Positions 35,640-48,000 of a DNA stretch of 64,000 bases are shown here, piece after piece. Both the position numbers and the translations under genes were made by a program. The DNA is from Ascoidea asiatica JCM 7603 (Eukaryota; Fungi; Ascomycota): assembly GCA_001600695.1 (NCBI GenBank), contig BCKQ01000002.1, positions 41,275 through 105,274 on the forward strand, in the 5' to 3' direction. Within the stretch, counting starts at the first letter, position 1. Each line of letters starts with the position of its first letter. The notes beneath the pieces are model-generated. The model saw only the letters and a program-made list of their open reading frames with translations, did not search any database and was not told the origin of the DNA.

Positions 35640-38600
35640 ATGCCCTATAAAACAATGACCAGCAATTCGAATTTATCTTTGTCAAATAATCAACTTTCAA
35701 ATCGCCAAAATTCAAGTCTTATACCCATAAACAATGATGATTCAATTACACCCTCCCAATCAATCGTAAATACTACAAGCCCATCAATAAATGCTACAAA
35801 AGCCACAAATACTCTAAATTCTGCAAATTCCATAGATCTTTCACAACCCCCAAATCCCACAAATTCTACAAATTTCACAAATCTGAACAATATTAAAACT
35901 CCTACAGATCCTATAGAAAATTCGAATTCATCAAATTCTTTAAAGCAAAGTTCCCTCAAGATTAAGTCAAAAAGTATAGTAAATCTAAAACCAAGGTCAA
36001 ACAATCTGACAAATAATTTGCATTTATCTCCATCTAACCCAAATAATTCAAGAACTTCAATTTTGATGCAAAATGATAATTCGCATACTTCTGATTTAAC
36101 TCAATCAAATTTAATTCAAAACGATAATTTAATTTCAAAAACAGCTTCTTTTTCAAAACCACCTTCAGTAGCAAATTCAATATCAAATTCGACTTCAAAT
36201 TCATTATCTATATCATCTTCATTGCATCCAAGAAAAGTTGCAACTAGAGCTTGTCTATCTTGTAGAGATAAAAAAATCAAATGTGATGGGGAAATTTTAC
36301 TAAAGCAAACTTTTCTGCAATCTGATAAGTCTATTACTTCTTCTCCAAATCCTCCTCCTTGTTCTAATTGTAGATTTCTGAGTACTCCATGTGTTTATGT
36401 TAAAAGTAAAAGAGGAGGTAAGAGAAAAAATCATAAAAAGCAAAAGGTTTCTCAACCTTCTAATTTTATTTCCTCAATTTCAAAAATCAATAGTAATAGT
36501 AATAGTAATAATAATAATATTAATCATATTAAATCAAATAATAACCTTTCAAATATGAAAAGTTCAAATAATTCAAAGTTAATTGGTGTTCAAAATAAAA
36601 GCATTCAATCTAATGATACCCGAAGCATCTTAAATGATCCAAACTCAATATCTAATTCAATTTCAACTCCAATTCCCCATTCAAACCTAAATTCCAATTC
36701 GAATCCTATCAATCAAAATCAACAGGTAAGTCTAACTCAAAATCGAGTTGTTTTAAATACCGGTTTTGATACAACAGCATCGGTTGTATCTGACCAGCCT
36801 TCAAACATTTTAAATCAATCATTTTCCCGTTCAACTGCCGAAGGTATAAATTTGACTCCTATTAATTCTTTACAATTACCAAATTCTTCTTCTCTTTTAA
36901 ATCAAAATAGCTATTCTTCCAATATTAACCCTTCTAATGACCAGTATGGTGCTGGATTATCCACTGTTACTTCCCCAATATTTCGTTCTTCTTCCTTAAC
37001 ATCTCAAATTAATAGACCTTCTGCAATGTCTACTATATCAAGTGAAGTGAGTAGTTCAGTATCAACAAACAATTCTTCCCAAATTTCTGCATTAGGTCAA
37101 AAAGTTCGAGAACTCGAAAGTCACATTTATAATCAATCAAGTAATATCAATAGTAACTCTGAAAGAGATAGATTTCTTCCTCCTTTTTTCCCACCTCATC
37201 CTCCTCATATGGATTATAGAAGTCATTTACCTCCTTTTCCTCGAGGCCCACCGCCACCACCACCTGCATTTGAGCCAATGTTTTTTCCCCATGGCCCTCC
37301 TCATCATCATCATCCTCCCCCTCATCATCGTTTTCCTCCTCGTTATGATCATAGAATTTCAAACGAGGATGATTTACCTGTAAGATTACCTCCTATCGAT
37401 CAAAATAGAAGGCATGGAAGTCATAGACCACCTTTTATGAATAATTTTGAATATTTGGAACCTTATGATCATCATTCAAGGCAATCTCCTTCGAGAGAAT
37501 CTTCTCCTCCACCTCCTTCATTACGTCTTTTACATCCTCAAGTATCACAACAGTCTAATAGTCCTCAAAATAATAATCCAAGGCTGCGATCAGATATCAA
37601 TGATTCCGAGTATTCATCTTCGAGAAATTCAAAAACAAATAATAGTACATATAAATTGAATGAAGAAAACAGAATGATTGTAGAAGATAATAGAGTAGTG
37701 TACAATAGAAAACATTCTTCTCCTTCTGATTCACAGTCAACTTCAAGTTTTATCCCTCAGCAGCAGCCACATGCCTATCAACACAAACGATCACACCGCC
37801 ATCATTATCGTCATTATGACCCTAATTATAACCCCAACTCTTCCAACTTTGTTACAGATCAACATGAAACTCAAAGTCAAAGTTCAGGGTTAAGCAAATC
37901 AACCAGCAAAATCGAATCACTACAAAAGGAAACTATTCCAAATTCTTCCCAGCCAGTTACTGGTTCTCATTTATCTTATGATAAATCCGATAATTCTTTA
38001 GATCATGATATGGCTGATATTTCTGATCAGGAATCAATTCAGTCTACTTCTTCAAAGGCTAATTCTTTTCCAAATCCTCATATTATCACTGAAAAAGAAC
38101 TTGATACTCCATTAGATATTTCAAGAAATGAAAATTTCACGGAAGATACAAAAATGAAGACATTAGAGCAAAAGAGTATACTGGAATTAAACGCCGTTTC
38201 TGAAGAGGAATTGAAATTGTTTAATTTGCCAAATTGGAAAACTGTATGCGTTCTAATAGATTTATATTATCGATATTTGCATCCTGCAAGACCTATTTTA
38301 CCTCCAAAGGATAGATTTATGTCACAATTGTCCATAAGGGAAAGTGCTTCTTTATTACATTCTATGTTTGCTTCAAGTTGTAGATATAGTAGCCCTTTAA
38401 ATGTTGTGAATCCAGAAGAGAGACATCCAAGATATTGGTATACATTGGCTGAAAAATATTGGAATCTTTTGTCTTCTGAATATTCTATCAAAGCACTTGC
38501 TATATTATCAGGTTCTTTGGTTCCTGAAAGTTATGTAACATCTGGGATGGATGGATCCGAGCGTGCAGCTTCAATAATCAACAGTACTGGAATATTACAA

Positions 38601-40022
38601 TATTATTCTATGGTAACAGCGGCGGATTTCAAAAAAATCGTGAAGGTTTCTTCTGCTAGGGACATTTGTGATAGGGAAGATATGATACGAACATTTTGGG
38701 GAATTTGGAAACTAAATGTATTTTTAAGGGCCAATAGTGGTTATCCTTATAAAGTTGATCACAGAAATTCTTTAGAATTTCCTAATGAACTACCTTTCCC
38801 ATTAAGTGATAAATTCCATCAAGCTAATTTATTCGCTCTAAGTAATTCTGTTGGTTGTTTAATTATTGACAAAAAAATTTATCCTCCTTTAGTGCGTTAT
38901 AAGGACATTGAAGATAAGCTTAACTTTGCATTATGTGATGATGATTTCAATATAAAAGATGTTGATATAGCTGCTTCTCATTTAGTAATTGTTGCAGTAA
39001 AGACCTTATCTGATACTTTGGATCTTCTTGGTCAGGATAATTTAACCGAAGGAAATCTCATGCTTGTAGATTCAAGAATCAGAACCATAACTAAATTGAC
39101 CCCTAAAGTTTATTCAATCCCACAAGAGAAAAAGAGACTATTGACAATAAATGCAACATTAATTCTTGTTTATTCCAATCTTTGGACAGCAACAATTCTT
39201 TCCCATTCATTATTTTGTTCTAATTTTTTGATAATGAGACCACCCCAAAATTCTAACAGAGATGGAATCAAAAGAATTGCATTTGTAGAAAAGCTTAAAA
39301 AAATGAATATTGCAAGAATTTCGTATTTAAATGTTAAGAAATGTTCGATATCAGAGGTAAATTCATATGTTAAATGTCTTGAAGCAGCTAATGGAGTAAC
39401 TAAAATAATTGAATTAGGTCAAGGAGTTTATGATGAAGCTAAATCATCAGAAGATATTTTGCCTGCAATAGTCGGACCAACAAGTTTAGAAGCAGCTATT
39501 GAATCTAGGTCAAAACTTGATATCAAAGAGGGCCATAATCCATGGTATTTAAATTTTTTTCCTAGACCCAAAAAAGTCGCTTCTGCATCAGCTCCACCAT
39601 TTTCGCCAAATCCAGATGCTTGGCTTCAATATCCAATATTTTTTGGAGTACCCGTTTGCAATTCATTTGATATTTATATTTCAATTTATATTTTATCTAG
39701 ATTTATAAAATTTGAAAAAGATTTCAATCAAGATGGTATGGGAGAAAAGTTAACAAGAATGAAATTTTTAATTAGAAGAAATTATTTAAATGATGAACCG
39801 GATTTTGATAATGAAGAAATTGAATTTAGATTATTACATGTTGTTTCTGTTAGAAATGAAATTGTTCAAATATTAATTGATTATTCGGATAGTGCCAAAG
39901 TTTTAGAAAGATTAAGATTATTATCAAATTTTTTTAAATTTTATGGAAAATTTTGGACATTGGTTTGTGAAGTTCAAAAAGCTTATGATGAAGCAATTGA
40001 ATATTTAAGAGAAACTTTATAG
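35640..40022 (+). CDS. Zn(II)2Cys6 fungal transcription factor with middle-homology region
   Basis: ACLSCRDKKIKCDG...CSNCRFLSTPC at 36252-36392; LIDLYYRYLHP..PILP and REDMIRTFW motifs; long S/N- and P/H-rich tracts. Confidence 0.9.
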   Translation: MPYKTMTSNSNLSLSNNQLSNRQNSSLIPINNDDSITPSQSIVNTTSPSINATKATNTLNSANSIDLSQPPNPTNSTNFTNLNNIKTPTDPIENSNSSNSLKQSSLKIKSKSIVNLKPRSNNLTNNLHLSPSNPNNSRTSILMQNDNSHTSDLTQSNLIQNDNLISKTASFSKPPSVANSISNSTSNSLSISSSLHPRKVATRACLSCRDKKIKCDGEILLKQTFLQSDKSITSSPNPPPCSNCRFLSTPCVYVKSKRGGKRKNHKKQKVSQPSNFISSISKINSNSNSNNNNINHIKSNNNLSNMKSSNNSKLIGVQNKSIQSNDTRSILNDPNSISNSISTPIPHSNLNSNSNPINQNQQVSLTQNRVVLNTGFDTTASVVSDQPSNILNQSFSRSTAEGINLTPINSLQLPNSSSLLNQNSYSSNINPSNDQYGAGLSTVTSPIFRSSSLTSQINRPSAMSTISSEVSSSVSTNNSSQISALGQKVRELESHIYNQSSNINSNSERDRFLPPFFPPHPPHMDYRSHLPPFPRGPPPPPPAFEPMFFPHGPPHHHHPPPHHRFPPRYDHRISNEDDLPVRLPPIDQNRRHGSHRPPFMNNFEYLEPYDHHSRQSPSRESSPPPPSLRLLHPQVSQQSNSPQNNNPRLRSDINDSEYSSSRNSKTNNSTYKLNEENRMIVEDNRVVYNRKHSSPSDSQSTSSFIPQQQPHAYQHKRSHRHHYRHYDPNYNPNSSNFVTDQHETQSQSSGLSKSTSKIESLQKETIPNSSQPVTGSHLSYDKSDNSLDHDMADISDQESIQSTSSKANSFPNPHIITEKELDTPLDISRNENFTEDTKMKTLEQKSILELNAVSEEELKLFNLPNWKTVCVLIDLYYRYLHPARPILPPKDRFMSQLSIRESASLLHSMFASSCRYSSPLNVVNPEERHPRYWYTLAEKYWNLLSSEYSIKALAILSGSLVPESYVTSGMDGSERAASIINSTGILQYYSMVTAADFKKIVKVSSARDICDREDMIRTFWGIWKLNVFLRANSGYPYKVDHRNSLEFPNELPFPLSDKFHQANLFALSNSVGCLIIDKKIYPPLVRYKDIEDKLNFALCDDDFNIKDVDIAASHLVIVAVKTLSDTLDLLGQDNLTEGNLMLVDSRIRTITKLTPKVYSIPQEKKRLLTINATLILVYSNLWTATILSHSLFCSNFLIMRPPQNSNRDGIKRIAFVEKLKKMNIARISYLNVKKCSISEVNSYVKCLEAANGVTKIIELGQGVYDEAKSSEDILPAIVGPTSLEAAIESRSKLDIKEGHNPWYLNFFPRPKKVASASAPPFSPNPDAWLQYPIFFGVPVCNSFDIYISIYILSRFIKFEKDFNQDGMGEKLTRMKFLIRRNYLNDEPDFDNEEIEFRLLHVVSVRNEIVQILIDYSDSAKVLERLRLLSNFFKFYGKFWTLVCEVQKAYDEAIEYLRETL

Positions 40023-40414
40023 CCTTATTTAAAAAAAATTGTACAAAATTATGTAAAATATAGTGAAATGAAATAAATTTAATGTGTAGTATATGTATTT
40101 AAAGTTTAATTAAAGTTCTATTGTGATCTATATAAATGTATAATAGTAAAATGATTAACAAATAAAATTATTAAACGAAAAAAGAAACCAAGCTTATAAA
40201 TATTAGTTATCAGTTAGATAAGTTTATTTTGATTGAGAAACGTTATTAAAAGAAATGAAATAGTGTATGTAAAGTAATGAGGATGATAAATGAAAGTTGA
40301 CGAATTAGTGAGAAATAAAGCAAAAAAACAAGAACAATGATAAAAAAATATAGAATTAGTATGAAAAGATAGGATAAAGAGGATATACGTAAGAAAAATT
40401 CTAAATATGGCTAT

Positions 40415-40447
<33 letters not shown>

Positions 40448-40539
40448 TGCGATGTATTCAAATTGATTGAGATTTAATGAGGAATATTAGAATATAAAAG
40501 AAATAATTGAAATTGAACTTTAAATTACGTATTTTACAA

Positions 40540-41388
40540 TTATTTAATTCTTAAAGTTGATGGAATTGAGTTTGAATTATTAATTGAGAAATTATAAGAG
40601 GTTTTTCTTGAAGACTGTTCTAAAGGGATATTGAAATTAGTAAACAGAATTGAATTTCTTGGAGTTTCAAGTTCCGAATAAAAATCGGAAGATATACTAT
40701 AATCATTATGATGAGATTTAACATTTGGAGTATTTGATAAAGAAGGAATTTCAGATAAGTTTGAATTATTAATGGTGTTACTATTATTACCATTATTACT
40801 ATTATTAATATTATTGTTATTATTGTTATTATTATTATTGATGATATTAATTGGAGAGTTTAAAGTTGAAGAACCTTTTTCTAAATTATCATAAACATCA
40901 TCATCAGATAACTCATTATTAAAGATGAAATTTGAAGTTGCAAAAGGAGTTTTTAAAGCAGAAGTGTTATAAATTTTATTTTTTTTAATATTTTTTGAAA
41001 TTTTAGATATTATTCTATTTGAAGAAATTGAAGAATTTGAAGAATTCAGAAAAAAATTTAAAAAATTTAAATTAAACTTATATTTAAATTTAATAAAAAG
41101 TGATAAAGTTAAAATAGTGAAAAATGACAATATAGAAATTATTGATAAAAGAGATATGGAATTAAAAAAACTTGATAAACTAGACTTATCATTGATTGAA
41201 GGATATAAAATATCGAGACCATTATTATTATTTTCATAATATAAAAAATAATTAAAATAACCTAAACCATTTTCACTTGCAGGAGTAAATCCAGGAGAAT
41301 AAGATGAAGGTAATACATTATCCAAATCCTTTGTATCATAATAAGCATGTTCTTTAAGAAGAACAGGATCTAAAGGTAAGGGAATCAT
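40540..41388 (-). CDS. Unknown single-pass membrane protein, paralog A (MIPLPLDP...)
   Basis: N-terminal ~50 aa clearly homologous to 50479..51528; one hydrophobic segment (SISLLSIISILSFFTILTLSLFI) followed by Lys residues; S/N-rich tail. Confidence 0.8.
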   Translation of the reverse strand: MIPLPLDPVLLKEHAYYDTKDLDNVLPSSYSPGFTPASENGLGYFNYFLYYENNNNGLDILYPSINDKSSLSSFFNSISLLSIISILSFFTILTLSLFIKFKYKFNLNFLNFFLNSSNSSISSNRIISKISKNIKKNKIYNTSALKTPFATSNFIFNNELSDDDVYDNLEKGSSTLNSPINIINNNNNNNNNNINNSNNGNNSNTINNSNLSEIPSLSNTPNVKSHHNDYSISSDFYSELETPRNSILFTNFNIPLEQSSRKTSYNFSINNSNSIPSTLRIK

Positions 41389-42493
41389 AAATAATTAAAT
41401 TAATAAGGATATTAATAAGGATATTAATAAGGATATGTGATATAAATAAAATTGAAATAGAAATAGAAATAGTTATGGAAATAGTAATGGAAATAGAAGT
41501 GGAAATAGAAATTGAGATTGAAATACAGATTAAGCCCCCAAAGTAGTTATCACTTGAGCACTTAGTAACGTTCTTTGAAAGAGGTATTAATGGATGATCT
41601 TTGACTGATTAATAAAAGAAATATAGAAATATAGAAATAGAGAAAGAAAGAATTAAAGAATTAAAGAAAAATAAATGAATAAGTAAATAAATCTATAATC
41701 AAAGAAAGGAGAAATTTAAACAAATAAATAAAAAAAGCAAAGAAGCTAAAATTGTTGTTGAAGAAGCAAATAAAACAGAAAACGAAAACAATCGAAAACT
41801 GTTTCATTGCCATTTCTGCCAACAGTGGCAGCAGAAGCTAAAAGCACCCGTGAGCTGCAGAAGAAGGCAGGACTGAGAGCAGCAACTGACCCGCAGAGCT
41901 GGTAGCCAAGGAAACATGTGCGGAAACCGACGCGGATTCTAAGCAAACAAGGCGGAGCCGGCATGCTGCTGTTGAAAAGCTGCACTAGTGACGCAATATT
42001 CTTCTGACAGCTCGGGCAAAAATAGAAGTCGCGGATAATGAAACCGCCGCTGCGGATTTAACCGTGCAAATTCCACCGAAACAGGTCTGATGCTTATTGA
42101 CTGCACATTCCGCATGCAAAATGCTGTTTCCGCCTTCACCTGCTCTTTGGCCATAGCTGACTTTAAAAATAGATAAAAAAGAGTGCTGACGTAATTGCTG
42201 ACTGCTTCGGAGCTCATTTTTTAACCTTTATTTGTTTTGATATTATAATTATTTATTAAAAGTATTTCAATGATAAGAATACTCATTGTGCTTCAGTTGA
42301 ATAGCATAGCAAAAATATGATTAAATGATGTAAAAAAAAATGATAAAAGTGAGAAAAAAGAATTTGAGAAAAAAGGGGTTGTTATCAAAATTAGTACTGA
42401 GAAAAAAACTTGAGAAGAAATGAATTAAATTTATGCATAATTGGTTTATTTTTATTTTTATTTTTACTTTTACTTTTACTATTGTTTTTTTTT

Positions 42494-44161
42494 TCAAGTT
42501 ATCAATTCTTTAATTTCTTCACTCATGCTTCGTTCTTTATCATTAACTTCTTGTTTAACTTCTTCTAAAGCTCTATATTCACCTGGTAAAAATAAACCAA
42601 CAATCAATCCATTAAATACAATTGAAATTGTTAAGATTGTATTAATAAATAAAATTAAAGGTGAAGCCCAAAATGTTAATAAACTTAAAAATGGTATTGT
42701 TAAATGAAAAATTATAATTAAAAGAATTGAAATGATAATATGAAAAATTCTCCAATAATATTGTTTATTTTGATTTGTATTTTTTTGATAATCTTCAATT
42801 AATAATCTAAATTCTTTATAATTTTGAATTCTATCATAAATTTCATTTTTTTGATTAGATATTGATAATGTTGAATCATTTGAATTATTTAACAGAAATT
42901 GGATATTTGTATTTAAGTTTGTATTTAAATTTGTATTTAAATTTGTATTTAAATTTGTATTTAAAATTGTATTTGTATTTAAAATTTTATTACCAATAAT
43001 TTTTTCTTTAGTTTTAAAAATAATTGAATAAGCAAAATGATCAGAATAACTACCAATTCCTTCAATTTTTTCAGTAAATTTAACTTCAGCATTTATTGGT
43101 ATAATTTTATTATTAATTAATGCATAATCTAATCTACAAGCTTTATCAGGTGGTAAATATGATCTAAAAGTATTTAAAATTGAATCACATGTTGCACCAC
43201 CTATTGAAATTTGTAAAAAAGGTGATAATTTTTTCATTTCTTGTAAAGTTATTGATTTTAAACCTTTTTTTTTTTCATTTATAATTTTCCAAGAATCTTT
43301 TAAATTACCTTCTTTAATTAAAAATTTATGTGGTAATGAACCCGGTCTTGAATTTAAATCACCAACTAAAATTACTGCATAACCAATTTTTGATAATAAA
43401 TTTGCAATTTTTGAAAAATCCCAAGCTTGACAAGCTCTATGACAATCATAAGCAGAATCACCTTTTAAAGAATATGGAGCATGCATATGAGAATTTAAGA
43501 TTGCAATTGGATAAGTATTTTCATTATGAGGTTTTAATAAAGTTATTGAAATTGATTTACCAACATACCAATCACCTCTAAAAAAAGCAGAAGGTCTACC
43601 ATTTATTGGAAATCTATATAAAAAAGAAGATTGAATTGGAATTTTTGATAAAATTGCCAAACCTGGACCAGAAATTAAACCAGAATAAAAAAATCTTGAA
43701 TATGGAAAATGAATTTTAGTTTTATTTTTTATATAATTCCAATCAGATTCTACCCAAACTTCTTGTAAAGCAATTATATCATATTTATCTTTATCATCAG
43801 TAGAAATTCTATCAGCAAATGCTTTTAATCTTTCTTTTCTAAATTTTGATACATATTTTAAACCCCATAAATTAAATGTTAAAAGTCTTAAAGAAGGAAT
43901 AGAAGAAGAAGAAGGTGATGTTGAAGAAGATGATGATGTTGATGAAGAAGGAGGATTATTGATATTATTAGTATTATTATTAGTTATATTTATATTGTTG
44001 CTATTCGAAAAAGTTGAAGAATCATCATCATTAAAATCCTCATAATGATCATTATTGGTATTGGAATTAAAAAGAGGATTTGACTCTGGATTAATAGAAG
44101 AATAATTGTAAGTGGGTAACGATTGAGTATAAACAGGATCACTTTTCTTCTCATTCAACAT
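42494..44161 (-). CDS. ISC1: Inositol phosphosphingolipid phospholipase C (neutral sphingomyelinase family)
   Basis: LTFNLWGLKYVSKFR, ALQEVW, FPINGRPSAFFRGDWYVGK, GDLNSRP, YSDHFAY, two C-terminal TM helices. First ATG is at 44161 (the track start is GTG). Confidence 0.95.
   Translation of the reverse strand: MLNEKKSDPVYTQSLPTYNYSSINPESNPLFNSNTNNDHYEDFNDDDSSTFSNSNNINITNNNTNNINNPPSSSTSSSSSTSPSSSSIPSLRLLTFNLWGLKYVSKFRKERLKAFADRISTDDKDKYDIIALQEVWVESDWNYIKNKTKIHFPYSRFFYSGLISGPGLAILSKIPIQSSFLYRFPINGRPSAFFRGDWYVGKSISITLLKPHNENTYPIAILNSHMHAPYSLKGDSAYDCHRACQAWDFSKIANLLSKIGYAVILVGDLNSRPGSLPHKFLIKEGNLKDSWKIINEKKKGLKSITLQEMKKLSPFLQISIGGATCDSILNTFRSYLPPDKACRLDYALINNKIIPINAEVKFTEKIEGIGSYSDHFAYSIIFKTKEKIIGNKILNTNTILNTNLNTNLNTNLNTNLNTNIQFLLNNSNDSTLSISNQKNEIYDRIQNYKEFRLLIEDYQKNTNQNKQYYWRIFHIIISILLIIIFHLTIPFLSLLTFWASPLILFINTILTISIVFNGLIVGLFLPGEYRALEEVKQEVNDKERSMSEEIKELIT
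42906..42981 (-). repeat. 12-bp coding repeat encoding (NTNL)n in ISC1
   Basis: tttgtatttaaa units on the plus strand. Confidence 0.85.
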
Positions 44162-45020
44162 CTTTAAAATATAAATTTTTATTATTATCAAGATAAAAAA
44201 TAATCTTTTTTTTTTAATTTGGAACACTCAGTAAGTAAGTAAGAATAATAAGTATATCTTCTGTACTGTAAAATATATATATAATATAGTATTGATGATC
44301 TATAATTGATTGCTCTTGAATATATAACTACTATAACAAAGATAATGATAATAGTCTAATAAAAATGGTTTATTGATGGTTTTTATAGAAATTGACAAAA
44401 TGAATTGATTAATAATAATTATTATCGTGGCTAGGATACTGTTTTTCACCATCTCTGCTTTTCATCATAAATCAAATAAATGTAGAGCATATCTTATTTT
44501 AGCGACGAATGCTTTGTGGTCATTATTGTATGATACTCCAAACCCGTCGGATGCGAACGCCAAAGCTAGCTGCCAAACAACTGCCAAACAGTTGCAAACC
44601 AGCAGCAAACTCATCTTCGAAAAGCTTGCTTTCTCGAAATCCGGGCCGACATGACCCAATATGGACAGGCACAAGATAGCACACGTGAATACTTGGTGAT
44701 GAGTGACCCGTGGGAGTGGTTTGCCCCATCCGAGACCCGCTCGCGAACAACGAGCGATAAGCGCTAAGCACCATAACCAGATAACTTCATAACTCCATAA
44801 CTTGATAACATCTTACTGAAGTCACTATCGCTTTCTTCTGATCCCTCTGCAAACCCCTATCAGAGCATTTCTGCTGCTTCTTCGTCTGCTTTCTTTTATT
44901 CTGCCTTATTTCAAATCAATATTCGATATTCCTCATATCCTTCATCTCTTTCATCTTTGCTTCCTAGTTCCCTATCCATTATTTATATCTTCATCTGCTT
45001 TATTTCCCATCAAATTCAAA

Positions 45021-48000
45021 ATGTCCAGAGATTCCATAAGTGCTTTAAAGAACTTCAAGCCTTCTTCATTTTCATCTTCTCCATCAAGCTTGATGCCGGA
45101 TCAACAAAATCAAATTATCGCTGATGATACTCCTCATGATAATACTTACATTGAAGACAATATGGACTTTATACCTTCAGATAATTCATCTTCCGTAATT
45201 TCTACACCCCTAATAAATCAAACCCAAAACCAAATCATGATTAATAACAGATCAAATTACAATAAATACAATAAATACAATAAAATAAATAAAAACAACT
45301 ATGATAATAAAGCAAATATAGATACTGTTTCTTTAGATAAAGATTTTGACTGTGCAAGACCCGCTCCTAATAATATGGGAAAGTCTTTAATAACAATCCT
45401 TACTGCTGCTAGCATGGTAGTAGGTATCGATAATTTATCAAAATCTATACATCAATCTGATAAAATAATACAATCAAATCAATCAAAAAATTCAATTCAA
45501 TCAAATAAACAACTTAATCAAACTTTTATTCAAAACATCCTTAATTCTAAATCTGAATCTGAATCTGAATTTGAATCTGGATCTACTAGTAATTCTGAAA
45601 ATGAATTCAACACCGAGGCCAAAGCTGAAGCCGAGTATCCATCTCAATCTCAATCTCAATTTCAATTTCAATTTAAAACTGAAACTGAAACTGAAGCCAA
45701 TAATAAAAAAAAATTTTATGGTAAAAATGAAAATTTGGACATAAATCCGACTCAAAAATCTGTTTCCAAACTATCTAATTTTAAAAATGATTCTGAACTT
45801 TCTCCATTTGAAATATCTTTTATCAATAATTATATCACTAACAATAACAATAATAATAACAATAATAATAACAATAACAATAACAATAACAATAATATAA
45901 ATAAAGCAAAACAAAAAGCAAAAATATTATCATCAAAATTAAAATCAACTTTTAATATCAATTCTAATGATCAATTTATATCCGATTATTCATGTTGGTT
46001 ATTAAGAGATGTTTTATTACAAGGTCATTTATATATAACTAAATTTTATATCTTATTTTTTGCTTTTTTACCAAAATCTTCTTCTGAATCAATCTTATTA
46101 GATGGTAATTTAGGTATTATTTCAAATAATCCAATTAATTCAATTAAAAGAAATTGGTGTATTTTAAAAAATTATACTTTAGCAATATATAATAATTCTT
46201 CAGATTTATATTTTCCAATACAAACTATAGATTTAAGATATGTTATTAGAGTGGAATTATCAAATTCAAATTTTTCTGAAAAAAAACTTGATTCAAATCA
46301 ATTAGAAAATTCTCCATGTTATTTTAAAATTTTAACTGAATCTAAAATTTATAAATTTCAAGCTGATAATCTCTTTTCTGCACGTCAATGGATTTCTGCT
46401 TTAAAAAAATGTATTTTTACTCTGAGAAATAAAGGTGATATTGTAACAATAAAATTACCTTTAGAAAATTTAATTGATTTAGAAGAAACTCCAATATTTG
46501 AAGGTTCTGAAACGATTCGTTTAAAAGTTTTAGAAAATTCAGAATCTTTTGCAATTGATGATTATTTTTTCATGTTTTTTCATAATGGCAATAAAGTAAT
46601 TGATACTATAAATAATGCTTTAATTTTAAATAAATTACCAAAATTATCTCCAAAAAAAAGATCAAAATCTTCTTCAAAGGATATTTTATCTCAATTTATT
46701 GAAACAAGAAATAAAGTAATTTCATTTTCAGAAAATAATTCAAAATTAGATTCATTAAATCTAGAAACTGTAAAAGAAAAATTAAAAGCTTATAAAAATA
46801 AAAAAGATGATATTTTGAATAATTTTGATTTTTCAATTACAAATAAAGAATCTAAAAAAAATAATGAATTTAAATATCCTAGTACATTTTTAAATTTAAC
46901 TTCATTTCCTTCAAAACTTAAAAATGGACTGTTATTTCCGAAAAAAATTGCTCCTGTTGAAGAATCAATAATCAATTTCAAAGACCTTTCCTTGGATGTA
47001 AATGATGCAAATGATATTAATGATTTTGATGAAAATAATGATTTGTTAAATTTAGGCTTTGAATTAGATAAAGAAGAAAATTATAGCACCGTTAATAAAA
47101 ATTTAGAAACTAGTCCTGGTCAAAAGCAATTACTGTCCAATAGATTTTTAAATTCAAGTGGAATTAAAGCTTTGGAATTAATAAATCCAAAAAATATAAT
47201 AAAAAATATGTTTAATATGGGAACTTTATCAAATATGAGTGAAATGTGGTCAGCAGGTCCATCTCATTATGAAGAAAAAAATTCTTTAGAAAGAGGTTTA
47301 GAAGATAGATATTTTGTTAATTCTGAAGATGAACGTAAAATCGCTATTCATCGATTTCAAACTCATTTTTCATTATCAGAGTCTGAAACACTTGTCTCAA
47401 GTTATTATGCTCATCTTCAAAGAAATATTCCTCTTTATGGAAAAATTTATTTAGGAACAAATGAAATGTGTTTTAGAAGTCTTCTTCCAGGAAGTAATAC
47501 AAAAATGATATTACCATATAAAGACATTGAAAACTGTTTTAAAGAAAAGGGATTTAGAGTCGGTATAGGATATAGTGGTTTAGTTGTTGTAATTCATGGA
47601 CATGAAGAATTATTTTTTGAATTTAGCTCAACAGAAAGTAGAGATGATTGTGAAGCACTTTTATTAAAACAATTTGATTTTTTGAAAAATTCTTCGCCTA
47701 TTAAATCCATAGAGAGTATACCTAAGATTCATAAAATTGAAGATCTTAAAAATAAAACTGAAGCTGATCTTATTCAATGTCCCGAAGACAATTTTGGATG
47801 TGAAAATGAAGACAATATTAATTTAGCAAATTCTAAATTAAATGATCTTGAAGAAGCTAGAATAAAATTATATGAAGATAAGATCGTAGCAGAAACAGGA
47901 TTTGATTTACCAATAATAATAGAAGATAGTCCATTTTTCAAAACTGATATAAAACCAATAAAATCTTTTCACTTTACTTTATTGACTATTGGATCTAGAG

